Part shown: positions 46,583 through 58,061 of the stretch, one piece after another
Position numbering within the stretch: the first letter of the stretch is position 1
How the letters are laid out: every line of letters starts with the position of its first letter
Assembly (NCBI GenBank): GCA_044225365.1
Contig: JBGAIQ010000004.1
Location: 128,001 to 192,000 of the forward strand
Length of the DNA stretch: 64,000 nt
Direction of reading: 5' to 3'
From: Planctomycetota bacterium
GTDB taxonomy: Bacteria > Planctomycetota > B15-G4 > JADJEK01
Notes under the pieces: generated by a model
What the model was told of the DNA's origin: nothing
The model's database searches: none
What the model saw: only the letters and a program-made list of their open reading frames with translations
Translations under genes and position numbers: made by a program

Positions 46583-49228
46583 ATGTCGCGAGCACCCATG
46601 CGTCCTCCCTACGAACGTCCGCAGACGACCGATCCGCTTCCGATCCTCGCTCACGCGTGCTGGCTCCACGGGCTCGCGCGGAGGCTGGTCGAGGACCCGG
46701 CGCTCGCGGACGACCTGGTGCAGGAAACCCAGATCGCGGCGATCGCCGCGCAGCCGGACGCTTCGCGCCCGCTGCGCGGCTTCCTCGCCACGATCCTGCG
46801 GCACTTTCGGCGCCAGCATCATCGCTCGCAACTGCGCCGTGAGCATCGCGAGAAGATCGCGGCGGCCGCGGACCTCCTGGCCTCGCACGACGATCCGGTC
46901 GAAAGACTCGAATCGCACCGTCAAGTCGTCGACGCCGTCGCAGCTCTTGCCGAGCCCTACCGCTCGACGATCCTCTTGCGGTACTTCGAGGATCTCGCGC
47001 CGAGCGCGATCGCATCCCGGCAGAGGGTCCCGGTCGCGACCGTGAAGACACGGTTGCAACGCGGACTCGAACTGCTGCGCGCGAGGCTCGCTCGCGACTG
47101 CGACGGTTCCGGGCGGACGTGGGTATCGCTGCTGCTCCCGCTCGCGCGACCCGCGATCGGGATTCCCACCGTTGCGCTCGGAGTCCTCTCGATGAAACTG
47201 AAATATGCGCTCGCCGTGATCGTCGTCGGCGCCCTTGGTGTCGGCGCCTTCCTGTTCGACGGTGCCGGCACGACCTCGCAGACGAAACGCACCGAACCCG
47301 TGAGCCCCATGCAAGCGGATCGCGCGGCAGAGCGAACGAGCGGCGATCCCACCGTCGTTCGCGAAGTCGTGCGATCGAGCGCTCCGATCCCGAAGAACGC
47401 TGCGGCGAAGGACGCCGCGCCGACGAAAGCCGAGCCGAAGCCTGCGCCCGAGCGGCGCATCCTCCAGGGGATCGTGCTCGACTCGTCCGCGAATCCGGTC
47501 CCCGGAGTCGAGCTCGCCTTCGTGAAGGGACGCAGCGGCGAGAAGATCGATCTCGCCGCGCCTGCCCCGCACAGCGGCGCCGACGGCCGCTTCGAAGCCG
47601 GAGAGCCCGATGATTGGGAGCGGCTGATCGCATCCGGGACGCAATACGCCACCATCTCCGCCGCAGCACGCACTGAGCGACGTGTCGATCTCGTCGTGAT
47701 CGTCGGCTCGGCAGTCGACTATTCCGGAGTCGTCGTCGACGAGGACGGCAGGGCGATCCCGAGGGCGGACATCGAATTCCACTTGCCGCGGGGCTTCCGC
47801 ACGCGCTTTCCCCGAGTCATCGATTCGGCGGTCGACATCCCGATCGTGTTACAGACCGACGAGTCGGGACGATTCTCGCGGGAACGGGCACCTTCGGTCG
47901 TGGGGATGTCGATCTTCGTCAACGCTCCGGGTTTCGAGATCGGCATCGTGGCCGCGCCGCCCGGGGGCGACCGTGCCCTGAGGATCGTGCTGCATAAGCC
48001 GCATCGCGCCGATCAGAGGATCGAAGGCGCCGTCGTGGATGCGCTCGGCGCGATCGTGCCGAACGCTCTCGTCTCGCTGCGGGGAGAGATCACTCGCACC
48101 GATGAGAGCGGCCGCTTCGCGCTCGATCTCGACGATGCCGCCTGGATCGCTCGCCTTTCGGAGAAGTTCGGCGAGCCGGCGGCGCGAGTCGCCGGGTTCG
48201 TGAAGTCGAGCGGCTTCGGCAAGGACTCGCCGCTCGCACTGCGGTTGATCGCTGTCACCGAAGGCGCATTGCCCGCGATCTACTCGCCGCCGATCGGACC
48301 GGACGGGCCGATGTTTCCGAGCTTCGTTCTGTTGCGACTCGGCAAGGAGCCGTTGTCGATCGCGGGTACGGTACAGGATGCCGCGGGACAGCCTGCGGCG
48401 GGCGTGACGGTGTGGGTCGACGACCCCCAGGTCTTCGGCGCATCGGACGATGGCGGTCCGCTCTCGATCGAAGCGGTGGTCGACGATCGCAATGGCCGCG
48501 GTTGGCGCTCGACGACCTCGGATTCGTCCGGACATTTCCTCGTTCGTGGCCTCGTCGACCGAAACTACCGGCTCGCTGCGATGAACAGCGATCTCCTACG
48601 CGCGAACGTTTCGTCGGTCGCTGCAGGAAGAGACGATGTCGTTCTTCGATTCTCCGAAGGAGCCGCGCATGCGAGCGTTCGCGGGCGAGTCGTGTCGCGG
48701 CATGCGAAACCGATGGCGGGCGTCCAGGTTCACACCCAGGCCGACGCATTCGCCTTCGGCGGTTCGACCTGGCACACCATCGGTGAACCGGTCACGACCG
48801 ATGCCGACGGCCGCTTCGAGTTGAAGAACGTGCCGAAGCAAGGGGTCTACTTGCGCCTCGACGGCGACTCCATCGTTCCGCTCGAATACGGTCGCGCGCT
48901 TCCAGATCTTTCCAGCGCATCGAAGCGCGAGATCACGGATCTCGAGATCCTGGTGTCCGTCCGTTGCCACGTCCGCGTCGACCTCGGGTCATCGCTCGTC
49001 GCCAACGAGTTCGGCATCGTGGATTCCACGGGCGCGCCGCTTCCGATCGACCTGATCGAGGGCGGGAGTCGCTCGACGCGTGAGCGGTTCGAGTTGACGG
49101 ACGGTCGTTCCGCAGTGGTGTCGATCCCGGACGACGCGGTGGCCGCCGTGCTCTACCTCGACGGAACGGAAGTAAGGCGACTACCGATCGAATTCGCGGC
49201 CGAAGGCGTGACCACGATCAAGCCGTGA
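46583..49228 (+). CDS. ECF sigma factor fused to a TM segment and carboxypeptidase-regulatory-like (prealbumin-fold) repeats
   Basis: LARRLV.D...ADDLVQET; LAEPYRSTILLRYFEDL...IA......VATVKTRLQRGLELLRARL; TM; G.V.D..G.P...TD..GRF repeats. Confidence 0.88.
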   Translation: MSRAPMRPPYERPQTTDPLPILAHACWLHGLARRLVEDPALADDLVQETQIAAIAAQPDASRPLRGFLATILRHFRRQHHRSQLRREHREKIAAAADLLASHDDPVERLESHRQVVDAVAALAEPYRSTILLRYFEDLAPSAIASRQRVPVATVKTRLQRGLELLRARLARDCDGSGRTWVSLLLPLARPAIGIPTVALGVLSMKLKYALAVIVVGALGVGAFLFDGAGTTSQTKRTEPVSPMQADRAAERTSGDPTVVREVVRSSAPIPKNAAAKDAAPTKAEPKPAPERRILQGIVLDSSANPVPGVELAFVKGRSGEKIDLAAPAPHSGADGRFEAGEPDDWERLIASGTQYATISAAARTERRVDLVVIVGSAVDYSGVVVDEDGRAIPRADIEFHLPRGFRTRFPRVIDSAVDIPIVLQTDESGRFSRERAPSVVGMSIFVNAPGFEIGIVAAPPGGDRALRIVLHKPHRADQRIEGAVVDALGAIVPNALVSLRGEITRTDESGRFALDLDDAAWIARLSEKFGEPAARVAGFVKSSGFGKDSPLALRLIAVTEGALPAIYSPPIGPDGPMFPSFVLLRLGKEPLSIAGTVQDAAGQPAAGVTVWVDDPQVFGASDDGGPLSIEAVVDDRNGRGWRSTTSDSSGHFLVRGLVDRNYRLAAMNSDLLRANVSSVAAGRDDVVLRFSEGAAHASVRGRVVSRHAKPMAGVQVHTQADAFAFGGSTWHTIGEPVTTDADGRFELKNVPKQGVYLRLDGDSIVPLEYGRALPDLSSASKREITDLEILVSVRCHVRVDLGSSLVANEFGIVDSTGAPLPIDLIEGGSRSTRERFELTDGRSAVVSIPDDAVAAVLYLDGTEVRRLPIEFAAEGVTTIKP

Positions 49229-49243
49229 TCGCGAGGTTCGCGC

Positions 49244-49600
49244 TCAGCGCGCGCCGTGGCTCGCCTTCACCATCGTGTGGATCCCTCCGCGGACGTAGAA
49301 GTCGCCCTCGACCTCCATCCACTTGGGATGGGTCGCCGCGACGAGATCGTCGAGGATGCGATTCGTGACGTCCTCGTGGAAATGCCCTTCGTCGCGGAAC
49401 GACCACATGTAGAGCTTCAGCGACTTCAGCTCGACGCAGACTTCCGCGGGGACGTAGCGGATGCGGAAGGTCGCGAAGTCGGGTTGTCCCGTCTTCGGAC
49501 AGAGGCAGGTGAACTCCGGAACCTCGAACGCGATCTCGTAGGCGCGGCCGGGACGCGGATTGGGAAAGGTCTCGAGTTGCTTGGTCGGGCGAGTGGTCAT
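49244..49600 (-). CDS. queF: preQ0 reductase QueF (type I)
   Basis: [38 protein letters not shown]. Confidence 0.96.
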   Translation of the reverse strand: MTTRPTKQLETFPNPRPGRAYEIAFEVPEFTCLCPKTGQPDFATFRIRYVPAEVCVELKSLKLYMWSFRDEGHFHEDVTNRILDDLVAATHPKWMEVEGDFYVRGGIHTMVKASHGAR

Positions 49601-49809
49601 CGTTGAAAGGGTCTAGGACCACGAGCCGAATGTCAATTCAGATTCGGCGCACCGATCCATGAGATGACACTTTGGAGATCCGCATCCGCTATTCGTCTTG
49701 AATCGATACGATCCGGCCCAAGGCGCTTCGAACCCCACCCTCTTGCGCCTTCCTTGCCCAGGCTCGTCACGGCGGACGAGTTCCCGACCAGATCCTCATC
49801 GGAGTCGAT

Positions 49810-52659
49810 ATGAGCTTTCGCTTCGCGTTACGCTCGAGTGCGTGCGTTGCATTCGTCGCGTGCTTCTCGGGCGCCTTCGGGCAGGACGAGGACACGATGA
49901 CCAATTCCGGTCCGGTCCTCAATTTCGAGAATCCGCTGGTTCATCCCCTGGCGATCTCGGCGGACGGCAAGCGCCTCCTCGCGGTGGACACGCCCGACGC
50001 GCGACTTTCGGTGTTCGACACGACGACGGCATCGATTCCCGCGCTCATTTCGGAGATCCCGGTCGGGATCGAGCCGGTGTCGGTAAGGATTCGGACCACG
50101 GACGAGGTCTGGGTCGTCAATCACACCTCCGACAGCATCTCGGTCGTGTCGCTCGCTCAAGGGGTGGTCACGGATACGATCTACGTGAAGGACGAACCGT
50201 CCGACGTCCTCTTCGCCGGGACGCCGACCCGCGCCTACGTCAGCGTATCGGGCAACAAGGAAGTGCGCGTCTATGACGTCACGACCCACGCGCTCGTCGC
50301 CACGATCGCGATCCAGGGCGTTCAGCCGCGCGCGCTCGCAGCGAGCCTCGATGGCACGAAGGTCTACGTCGCCATGGCGCTCTCTGGGAACAAGACGACG
50401 GTGATCCCTTCGAATCTCGCGCCGCCCCAGCCGAACCCGACGAACCCGAACGCAGGCACCCCGCCGAAAACAGCTTTGATCGTGGACTCGACGGACCCCG
50501 CGTGGGCCGGCGCGATTCCCTATTCGATCGCCGACAACGACGTCGCCGAGATCTCGACGGCCTCGAACACGGTCACTCGTTACTTCCATGGCGTCGGCAC
50601 GACGCTCTGGAACATCGCGGTTCAACCCACGACCGGTGATCTGTTCGTCGCCAATACCGACGCGCGAAACGTGGTGCGATTCGAGCCTGCGCTGCGCGGC
50701 CATGCGGTCGACAACCAGGTCGCGAGGATCGCACAGGGCTCCGGCGCCGTAAACGAGATCGACCTCAATCCGGGCGTGAACTACGCAGTCCTGCCGAACC
50801 TTTCGGCGAAGGCGACCGCGCTCGCCCAGCCAACCGACATCGCCTTCGATTCGACCGGCAACACGATGTACGTCGCCGCCTTCGGCACCGACCGCATCGC
50901 GAAGATGACTCCGAGCGGCACCATCTTGTCGCGCATCGAGATGGGAGCGGCGACGGGCTCGACGGTCGATCCCAAGACCAAGCGTGGGCCGCGCGCGATG
51001 GTGATTCATCCCTCCGGAGCCCGGCTCTACGTGCTGAATCGCATCTCGAACACGATCGGCGTCGTCAATACGGCGACGGACGCCGTGACCCTCGAGGTTG
51101 CGCTGGGCGCCTACGATCCGACGCCGGCGACCACGCGGATCGGTCGCGGCTTCCTCTACGACGCAAAGCTCTCGGGCAATGGCACGATGTCGTGCGCGAG
51201 TTGCCACGTCGATGCCGATTCCGATCACGAGGATTGGGATCTCGGCGATCCCGAAGGCGATCCGGAGGACATCCCCGACCCGTCGAACATCTACGGCGTG
51301 ATCCACATGCATCCCATGAAGGGACCGATGTTCACGCAGACCCTGCGGGGTCTTGCCGGCAATACCCCGCTTCACTGGCGTGGCGATCGCGCGGACTTCA
51401 CGGCGTTCAACTCGGCCTTCTCGAAGCTCATGGGCGGCAGCATGCTCGCCGCCGCCGACATGCAGGCGTTCTCGGACTTCATGAACGGCGTCGTGTTCGA
51501 ACCGAACCCGAACATGAACATCGATCGCTCGCTCCCGGCCTCGATCGCGGGCGGAAATCCGACGGTCGGCAAGGACATCTACAAGAACGGCTCGGCGAAT
51601 ACTCCGATCGGGGCGTGCAACAACTGCCATCACCTGCCCCTCGGCACCGGCAGCAAGATCGTCAACAAGACGGTGCTGGGACAGGCCCAGGGCCTGAAGG
51701 TCCCGCAGCTTCGGACCTCGTACAAGAAGCTGAACTTCGACAATTCTCCCGGCGCGACGTCGCTCGAGGGCTTCGGCTTCGCTCATGACGGAGCCTTCGC
51801 AACGATCGAGTCGTTCCTCAGCAATCCCGTCACCTTCGGCCCACTCGCCACGTCACCCCAGCAGCAGAAGGACCTCGCTGCGTTCGTGATGTGCATCGAC
51901 ACCGGCACGCCACCGGCGGTCGGTTACTCGCGCACGGTCACCGCCGCGAACATGAACACCGCGCCCATCACCACGGACGTCAATCTCCTCACGTCGCAAG
52001 CGCAACTCGCGGACGTCGACGTCATTGCCAAGGGCCGTCTCGACGGCGTCCTCCACGGTCTCTTGTATCTGCCCTCGATCGGCAAGTTCCAGACCGACAA
52101 GGGCGGATACGGACCGTTCACTTGGAGCGAGCTGAAGACGAAGATCGGGGCGGGTGGAATCCTCACGTTGATGGCGGTTCCCCTCGGCTCCGGCAAGCGC
52201 ATGGGCGTCGACCGCAACATGAACGGCATCCCGGACGCGGAAGAGACCTCTACCTTCGCGCTCGAGAGTTACGGCTCTCCGTCGCCAGCGTGTGCAGGGA
52301 ACATCCACGTGGCTTCGAACTCCGAACCGTTCGAAGGCAATGCGAACTTCGCCTTCACGTGTACCAACCTCACGCCGCTGACGAACTCGTGGCTCGTGCT
52401 GACGCCGGGCGAGGGAATGGAACCGCCCCTGACGATGTTCGGCATGAACCTGTGGGTCGATGTGACCACTCCGACGTTCGTGTTGCTCAACATCCCTGCC
52501 GATGATCTCGGGTTCGGTTTCCTGAAGATCCCCTTGCCGTTGAATCCGCCGTATCTCGACCTCCCGTTCTCGGCGATGGTCGTCACGACGAATCCGTGCG
52601 GATCGGTCGGCCTCGCAGGATCGCAAGGAGTTCGCTTCGCGATCACGACCGTGAACTGA
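49810..52659 (+). CDS. Exported YVTN/YncE beta-propeller plus di-heme cytochrome c (peroxidase-like) plus C-terminal domain
   Basis: Signal peptide; IPVGIEPVSV propeller blades; CASCH and CNNCH heme motifs. Confidence 0.85.
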   Translation: MSFRFALRSSACVAFVACFSGAFGQDEDTMTNSGPVLNFENPLVHPLAISADGKRLLAVDTPDARLSVFDTTTASIPALISEIPVGIEPVSVRIRTTDEVWVVNHTSDSISVVSLAQGVVTDTIYVKDEPSDVLFAGTPTRAYVSVSGNKEVRVYDVTTHALVATIAIQGVQPRALAASLDGTKVYVAMALSGNKTTVIPSNLAPPQPNPTNPNAGTPPKTALIVDSTDPAWAGAIPYSIADNDVAEISTASNTVTRYFHGVGTTLWNIAVQPTTGDLFVANTDARNVVRFEPALRGHAVDNQVARIAQGSGAVNEIDLNPGVNYAVLPNLSAKATALAQPTDIAFDSTGNTMYVAAFGTDRIAKMTPSGTILSRIEMGAATGSTVDPKTKRGPRAMVIHPSGARLYVLNRISNTIGVVNTATDAVTLEVALGAYDPTPATTRIGRGFLYDAKLSGNGTMSCASCHVDADSDHEDWDLGDPEGDPEDIPDPSNIYGVIHMHPMKGPMFTQTLRGLAGNTPLHWRGDRADFTAFNSAFSKLMGGSMLAAADMQAFSDFMNGVVFEPNPNMNIDRSLPASIAGGNPTVGKDIYKNGSANTPIGACNNCHHLPLGTGSKIVNKTVLGQAQGLKVPQLRTSYKKLNFDNSPGATSLEGFGFAHDGAFATIESFLSNPVTFGPLATSPQQQKDLAAFVMCIDTGTPPAVGYSRTVTAANMNTAPITTDVNLLTSQAQLADVDVIAKGRLDGVLHGLLYLPSIGKFQTDKGGYGPFTWSELKTKIGAGGILTLMAVPLGSGKRMGVDRNMNGIPDAEETSTFALESYGSPSPACAGNIHVASNSEPFEGNANFAFTCTNLTPLTNSWLVLTPGEGMEPPLTMFGMNLWVDVTTPTFVLLNIPADDLGFGFLKIPLPLNPPYLDLPFSAMVVTTNPCGSVGLAGSQGVRFAITTVN

Positions 52660-52844
52660 ACGGAAGAAGTCGTCGCGAGAACGCAGGCGCCGTGTGCGGA
52701 TCAATTCCGTGCTCAGCGCCTGCTTGCCTGTCGCTCACCATCAAGAAACGGCAAATCCAGCGACCTGCGAGCGGTGGCTTTTGCCGAACCGCGGTACCGC
52801 GAGTAGGATCACGGCCCTTCGATTCACGAACCGAGGATCCACCC

Positions 52845-53858
52845 TTGAAGCCCACCTCCTGCCTCCTTGCCGCCGCCATCGCGTCCGCACTCGCGACTTC
52901 CGCGCACGCTCAGGTCTTCCTCAACGAGGTCTTCTACGACGCGACCGGTACCGACGGCGGCAAGACGTTCATCGAGATCTATGGTCCTCCGGGCCTCGAC
53001 ATCAGCGGCTACCAGATCCTCTCGATCGAGGGCTCGCCGAACACCACGCCCGGTCTCACCTGCGGCAACGTCAATCAAACGGGACCGATCACCCTGCCCC
53101 CGGGATCGATCATCCAGCCCGATGGATTCTTCGTCGTAGCGGATGCCGAGGCGGGCATCACTCAGGTCGTGTGCGCGCCCACCCACAACAATGGGCAGCC
53201 CGACTACATCGTCGAGAACGCCGACTTCGAGAACGGGCCGGATGAATCGGTCGAATTGGTTGCGGGTTTCAGCGTGATCGACGCGCTGCAGGTGACGGGA
53301 CCCACGCCCCCGACCTGCACGATCGATGTGAACGGCCAACCGATGGGATTCGGCACGCCGGCGCCCGACGTCTTCGGCGGGTTCAGCCTCGAGCGCTATC
53401 CCGCGGGCTCGAACACGGCGAACAACATCGTCGACTTCGGCGTCCAGGGCCGGCCCTCGCCGGGCTCGTCGCGCCTCCCCGGCGCACTCGTGTTCGACGT
53501 CGGAACGATCAATGCGACGAACGGCGGCGGCACCAATTTGTCGGTCAGCTTCGCGAACAGCGCGAATCGGCCGTACCTCGTCGTCGCGTCGGTGACGGCG
53601 CCCGTCGGCAGCTACCCGCTCGGCGTGCCCTACGATGCGATCACCGACGTCTTCTTCCAGCTCTCCGCGATCCCGAATCCGCTCGTCGTCAACTTCGCCG
53701 GGTACCTCGATGCGAGTGGCAAGGCCACCGCGACGTTCAGCGTCCCCGCTGGACTCGTGTCCCTTCCGGGTACGATCGAGTTCTACTTCTGCGCGATCAT
53801 GCCGGTCACGCTGAACAACAACCAGACGAACGTCGCGAACATCCACTTCACGCCCTGA
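52845..53858 (+). CDS. Exported lamin-tail-like domain protein with a conserved C-terminal domain
   Basis: TTG start with GAGGA RBS; signal ending AHA-Q; VFLNEVFYD..GTD...FIEIYG; SLERYP; PSPG. Confidence 0.8.
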   Translation: MKPTSCLLAAAIASALATSAHAQVFLNEVFYDATGTDGGKTFIEIYGPPGLDISGYQILSIEGSPNTTPGLTCGNVNQTGPITLPPGSIIQPDGFFVVADAEAGITQVVCAPTHNNGQPDYIVENADFENGPDESVELVAGFSVIDALQVTGPTPPTCTIDVNGQPMGFGTPAPDVFGGFSLERYPAGSNTANNIVDFGVQGRPSPGSSRLPGALVFDVGTINATNGGGTNLSVSFANSANRPYLVVASVTAPVGSYPLGVPYDAITDVFFQLSAIPNPLVVNFAGYLDASGKATATFSVPAGLVSLPGTIEFYFCAIMPVTLNNNQTNVANIHFTP

Positions 53859-53923
53859 TCGCGGGCGCCGCGGCGAGGTGACGACGCCGTCGCCTCGCCG
53901 CCTCGAGCGATCTTCGAAGCCCC

Positions 53924-55150
53924 GTGTACCCCAAGCTCCGACCGATCGAGATCATCCCCTTCCAACAGTCCGGACGCGATGCCTTCGCGTTGCGCGATCC
54001 CACGGGACTCGCGCCGAACACGATCGTCGTCTCTCCACCGGTGCTCTTCATCCTCCAGCGCCTCGACGGGGAGCACGATGCCGCGACGATCCGCAAGGAA
54101 TTCGAGGCCGCGTCCGGCAGCCGCCTTCCGCCCGCGCAGCTCGATCAGCTATTGCAAGGACTCGACCAAGGGCATTTCCTCGAGGGTCCCGACTTCGAAG
54201 CGCACCGTGCGCGCACGATCGAAGAGTTCCGCGATGCGCCATCGCGCCCGCCGCTCCATGCCGGTGAGGCCTATCCGAGCGACAAGCTCGCACTGAAGGA
54301 CTGGTACTACTCCCTCGAGTCCGACGAAGGCACGCCGCACGTCCCGAGCGGGGCGCTCGTCGGCATCGCGGCCCCGCACATCGATTGTCGCTTTGGTGGC
54401 GCCTCGTGCCGCCTCGTCCACGAACAACTCGTCGAACGGCGTCCGGACATCGACACGCTCGTCGTGCTCGGCACGGGACATTGCGCGGGCGAGGATCTCT
54501 ACACGCTCACTCGTCAACACTACGCCACACCGCGGCGGGTACTGAAAACCGATCGCGAACTCGTCGATGCGATCGGCAAGCGCCTCGGGAGCGAGAACGT
54601 GTTCGCCGCCGAGATCCTGCATCGCGGCGAGCACTCGGTCGAGTTCCAGGCGCTCTTTGCCGATCTCGCCGCCGGCGATCGCGAACCACCCCGCCTCGTG
54701 CCCGTCCTCGTCGGCTCGTTCCACGAATACATGGCACAAGGCATCGAGCCGTTCTCGACCCCTTACGTCCGCAGCTTCGTCGACGCGCTGCGAGAAGAGA
54801 TCGATCGCCTCGGTCGCAAAGCGGCCTTCGTGGCATCGATCGATCTCTCGCACATCGGCCCGCGCTACGGCGATTCGAAGGGCCTCTCCGCCGCCGACGC
54901 ACGGCGCATCGAGATCGAGGACCGCGAACTGCTCCGGTTCGCCGAGGATGGCGATCCCGAAGGGTTCTTCCGCCACAACCAGATCGCGCACGATGCGCGA
55001 CGAGTCTGCGGGTTCTCCGCTCTGTACACGCTCCTCCGCCTCTTGCCGAACGCGCGCGGAACGCTCCTCCGCTACGACCAGACTACGTTTCCCGAGACCG
55101 AGGACACCGTCGCCCACTGCGCCATGGTGTTCGAACAGGACGACGCGTGA
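53924..55150 (+). CDS. MEMO1 family protein (AmmeMemoRadiSam system protein B)
   Basis: APHID, LGTGH, EHSVEFQ, ASIDLSHIGPRYG, VCG motifs. Confidence 0.9.
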   Translation: MYPKLRPIEIIPFQQSGRDAFALRDPTGLAPNTIVVSPPVLFILQRLDGEHDAATIRKEFEAASGSRLPPAQLDQLLQGLDQGHFLEGPDFEAHRARTIEEFRDAPSRPPLHAGEAYPSDKLALKDWYYSLESDEGTPHVPSGALVGIAAPHIDCRFGGASCRLVHEQLVERRPDIDTLVVLGTGHCAGEDLYTLTRQHYATPRRVLKTDRELVDAIGKRLGSENVFAAEILHRGEHSVEFQALFADLAAGDREPPRLVPVLVGSFHEYMAQGIEPFSTPYVRSFVDALREEIDRLGRKAAFVASIDLSHIGPRYGDSKGLSAADARRIEIEDRELLRFAEDGDPEGFFRHNQIAHDARRVCGFSALYTLLRLLPNARGTLLRYDQTTFPETEDTVAHCAMVFEQDDA

Positions 55151-56097
55151 ATCGAAGATCGCTGCGGAGACTCTTCGTCCTCGGCCGGGAGTCGGAAGCG
55201 ATCGCGAGCGCAGTAGCGCGAAATGCACCCGAGCTCGAAGTCCGGCACGCATCGTTCGAGACCGCGACGGCCGCAGAGTTGTTGCCTGCGGACATGCTCC
55301 TCGCGTTCCGCATTCCTCCCGCGTTGCACCACGCGGTGAGCGGGATCTCGTGGTTCCAGTCGACGGGCGCCGGCGTCGACGGACTCCTCGCGTGCCCGCA
55401 CCTGCCCAAGGACGCGCCGGTCACTCGTGTGCTCGACGTCTTCGGTCCCCCGATGAGCGACTACGTCCTGATGCGCTGCCTCGAGATCGCGCAGGACGAT
55501 GTGCGGCAAGGCCGAGGTCAGCGAGCGCGACAATGGGACGTGTTCTATCCGAGGTTGCTCTCCGAGGTCGTCGTCGGCGTGCTCGGCGTCGGTGAGATCG
55601 GCGGGACGATCGCGCGACGTCTCGCCCAGAACGGGGCGACGGTCATCGGGATCAATCAGAGCGGCCGGCCTGTCGATGGCCTGACGGAGATCGTGCCCGT
55701 TTCCCGACTCGACTCCGTACTTCCACGACTCGATGTGCTCGTCCTCGTTACACCGAACACCGTCGCGACGCGGGCATTGATCGGTCCCACCGAACTCGCC
55801 CGCATGAAGTCGAGCGCCTGGTTGATCAACGTCTCGCGCGGCAGTTGCGTCGATGAATCGGCATTGATCGCGGCGCTGTCGACTGGACGAATCGCCGGCG
55901 CGGCGCTCGACGTCTTCGAGATCGAACCCTTGCCCGAGTCCTCGCCCCTCTGGGACATGGAGAACGTACGAATCTCGCCCCACATCTCGGGGCTCACGCG
56001 GCCCGAGCAAGCCGCGGACGCATTCTTGCAGAATTACGCCCGACTGCTGCGGGGCGAACCGCTGCGCGGTCTCGTCGATCGCGCGCGGGGTTACTGA
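55147..56097 (+). CDS. D-2-hydroxyacid dehydrogenase
   Basis: GTG overlaps the upstream stop; [35 protein letters not shown]. Confidence 0.92.
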   Translation: MNRRSLRRLFVLGRESEAIASAVARNAPELEVRHASFETATAAELLPADMLLAFRIPPALHHAVSGISWFQSTGAGVDGLLACPHLPKDAPVTRVLDVFGPPMSDYVLMRCLEIAQDDVRQGRGQRARQWDVFYPRLLSEVVVGVLGVGEIGGTIARRLAQNGATVIGINQSGRPVDGLTEIVPVSRLDSVLPRLDVLVLVTPNTVATRALIGPTELARMKSSAWLINVSRGSCVDESALIAALSTGRIAGAALDVFEIEPLPESSPLWDMENVRISPHISGLTRPEQAADAFLQNYARLLRGEPLRGLVDRARGY

Positions 56098-56474
56098 GCG
56101 TCGTCGCGAATCGGAATCGGATTGCGATCGTCGTCCACGGCGACGTACGTGACGTTCGCCGTCGTCACCTGAACCTTCTCTCCCGTCGCGTATCGCTCGA
56201 CCTCGACGTCCACCTCGACCGTGAGGGACGTCCGTCCGGTGTGAACGGTTCGTGTGTAGAACGAAACGGTATCGCCGACGAACACCGGCGACACGAAGAT
56301 CACCTCGCGCATCGCCTTCGTGACGAACACCTTTCGCGCCGAACGTCGCGCCTCGATTCCGCCTGCGAGGTCGATGTACGAGAGGATGACGCCACCGAAG
56401 ATCGACCCCATTCCGTTGGTGTCGCGCGGCAACATGGTGAGTCGGATCGCAGGGTTCGTTCGGTCGTAGGTCAT
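56091..56474 (-). CDS. Acyl-CoA thioesterase (hotdog fold, YciA-like)
   Basis: [39 protein letters not shown]. Confidence 0.92.
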   Translation of the reverse strand: MTYDRTNPAIRLTMLPRDTNGMGSIFGGVILSYIDLAGGIEARRSARKVFVTKAMREVIFVSPVFVGDTVSFYTRTVHTGRTSLTVEVDVEVERYATGEKVQVTTANVTYVAVDDDRNPIPIRDDAQ

Positions 56475-56542
56475 CAGCGGTTCACTTCGGTTTCGTGATT
56501 GGAAAGCAAGCGTGCGATCATACCCTGGGTGGACACCATGCC

Positions 56543-58039
56543 ATGCGCAACGTTGAACTGGACTCGATGACCAGGCCGCCGGAACCTCGACTCGAAGACT
56601 TCATCCAGGCGATCCCCGGGCCTGCGATCGTGCTTCGCAAGGACGAGCGCGTCGCCGCCGTGAACGAGGCGTTTCTCGACGAACTCGCCGCCGAGGACGC
56701 CTATCGCGAGACGATCGTCGGCGCATCGCTCGGAGAACTCGCTGACAGTCTCGACGCCACCGTGATCGAACCGCTCCGCAAGGCACTCGCGTGCGAGCGA
56801 CTCTCGTTGCCCGGCGTCCTGCTCTGGCCCTTCGGCGCGAAGCAGCCCGAGCGCTTCGACGTGAACATCGCGCGAATCGACGCCGCCCATTCCCTCATCA
56901 CGTTCACCCTCGATCCCGAGGACACCGCGCTGCTCAGCGAATCGCGTCGCATCCAACGCCTCGCCTGCCTGGGAATGGCGGCTTCCGGCGTGGCGCACGA
57001 CCTGAACAACCATCTCGCGGCGTCCATGAACACCGCGTCGCTCCTCGCCGAGGAACTCACCTCCGCGTCGCCCCACTCGAGGGCGCTGGAGATCATCGTC
57101 GGCTCTTCGAGCGAGGCTGCGGGACTCGCCCGCAAGTTGCTCGCTTTCGCGGGTCATGGGCAACCTCAGATCCGACCGCTCTCCCTCGAGAAGCTCGTCG
57201 CCGATGCAGCCTTGCTCGTGCGACACGAACTCCCGCGCGACGGTCGCATCCATTTCGAGTTCACGGCCGATGACCGTGAGTTGCATGGCGACGCGACGCA
57301 GATCGAACATGCGGCTCTATTGATGCTGCTGCGCACGGCACGCGCCCTCGACTCGAACAAGATCGCAACCGTTCGTTCGCGCCGGGTCGACGTGCCGCAC
57401 GCACAACTCTCGAACTTCAAACGTCGACTCGCTGCCGGTTCCTATATCGGCCTCGAATTCACCGCCCCGGTGACGAGCGAAGGCGCTCCGACCGTGGACG
57501 ACATCCTCGTGACGGTCGATGCGATCGCGGTCGAGCATGGCGGCGGACTCGTCATCGAGCGATCCGAGAACGAAGAGACGGTGAGGATCCTGCTCGCCGT
57601 GGCGCGCATCCACTCGGCGGACCGGTCGGAAAACGAACCGAACGCCGACGCGACGCGCGAGGATCGCACCGTGCTGATCGTCGACGACGACGCGATGGTT
57701 CGCGACGTCGCGGTGGCCATGGTTCGCCGCCTCGGTTACGTCGCCCTGGCAGCGACGAGCGGTGAAGAAGCACTCTCCGTCCTCCGCTCGAAGGACACAC
57801 ACGTCGACCTCGTGATCCTCGACCTCGTCCTCGGCGACATCGATGGCAGGACCGTCCTCCTCGCCCTGACCGAACTCGAACATCGCCCCAAGGTGATCGT
57901 CTCGTCCGGTTTCGGGCAAGACGACTCGATGACCCATATGCCGAAGACGGTCGGTACGCTGGAGAAGCCGTACACGCTCGCCGCTCTGCGCCAGGCCCTC
58001 GTTCGAGCATTCTCGAACACTGAGGCCGACGACGCCTGA
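56543..58039 (+). CDS. Atypical hybrid sensor: PAS-like, HisKA, degenerate HATPase, REC
   Basis: [17 protein letters not shown]-box; no recognisable N, G1 or G2 boxes; receiver VLIVDDD...LVILDLVL. Confidence 0.8.
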   Translation: MRNVELDSMTRPPEPRLEDFIQAIPGPAIVLRKDERVAAVNEAFLDELAAEDAYRETIVGASLGELADSLDATVIEPLRKALACERLSLPGVLLWPFGAKQPERFDVNIARIDAAHSLITFTLDPEDTALLSESRRIQRLACLGMAASGVAHDLNNHLAASMNTASLLAEELTSASPHSRALEIIVGSSSEAAGLARKLLAFAGHGQPQIRPLSLEKLVADAALLVRHELPRDGRIHFEFTADDRELHGDATQIEHAALLMLLRTARALDSNKIATVRSRRVDVPHAQLSNFKRRLAAGSYIGLEFTAPVTSEGAPTVDDILVTVDAIAVEHGGGLVIERSENEETVRILLAVARIHSADRSENEPNADATREDRTVLIVDDDAMVRDVAVAMVRRLGYVALAATSGEEALSVLRSKDTHVDLVILDLVLGDIDGRTVLLALTELEHRPKVIVSSGFGQDDSMTHMPKTVGTLEKPYTLAALRQALVRAFSNTEADDA

Positions 58040-58061
58040 GCGTTGGGTTCGAGGATCGTCG

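Noticed and set aside
49601-49660. Possible preQ1 riboswitch upstream of queF (GGTCCTAGACCC)
   Set aside because: It lacks the A-rich 3' tail and a convincing P1 stem.
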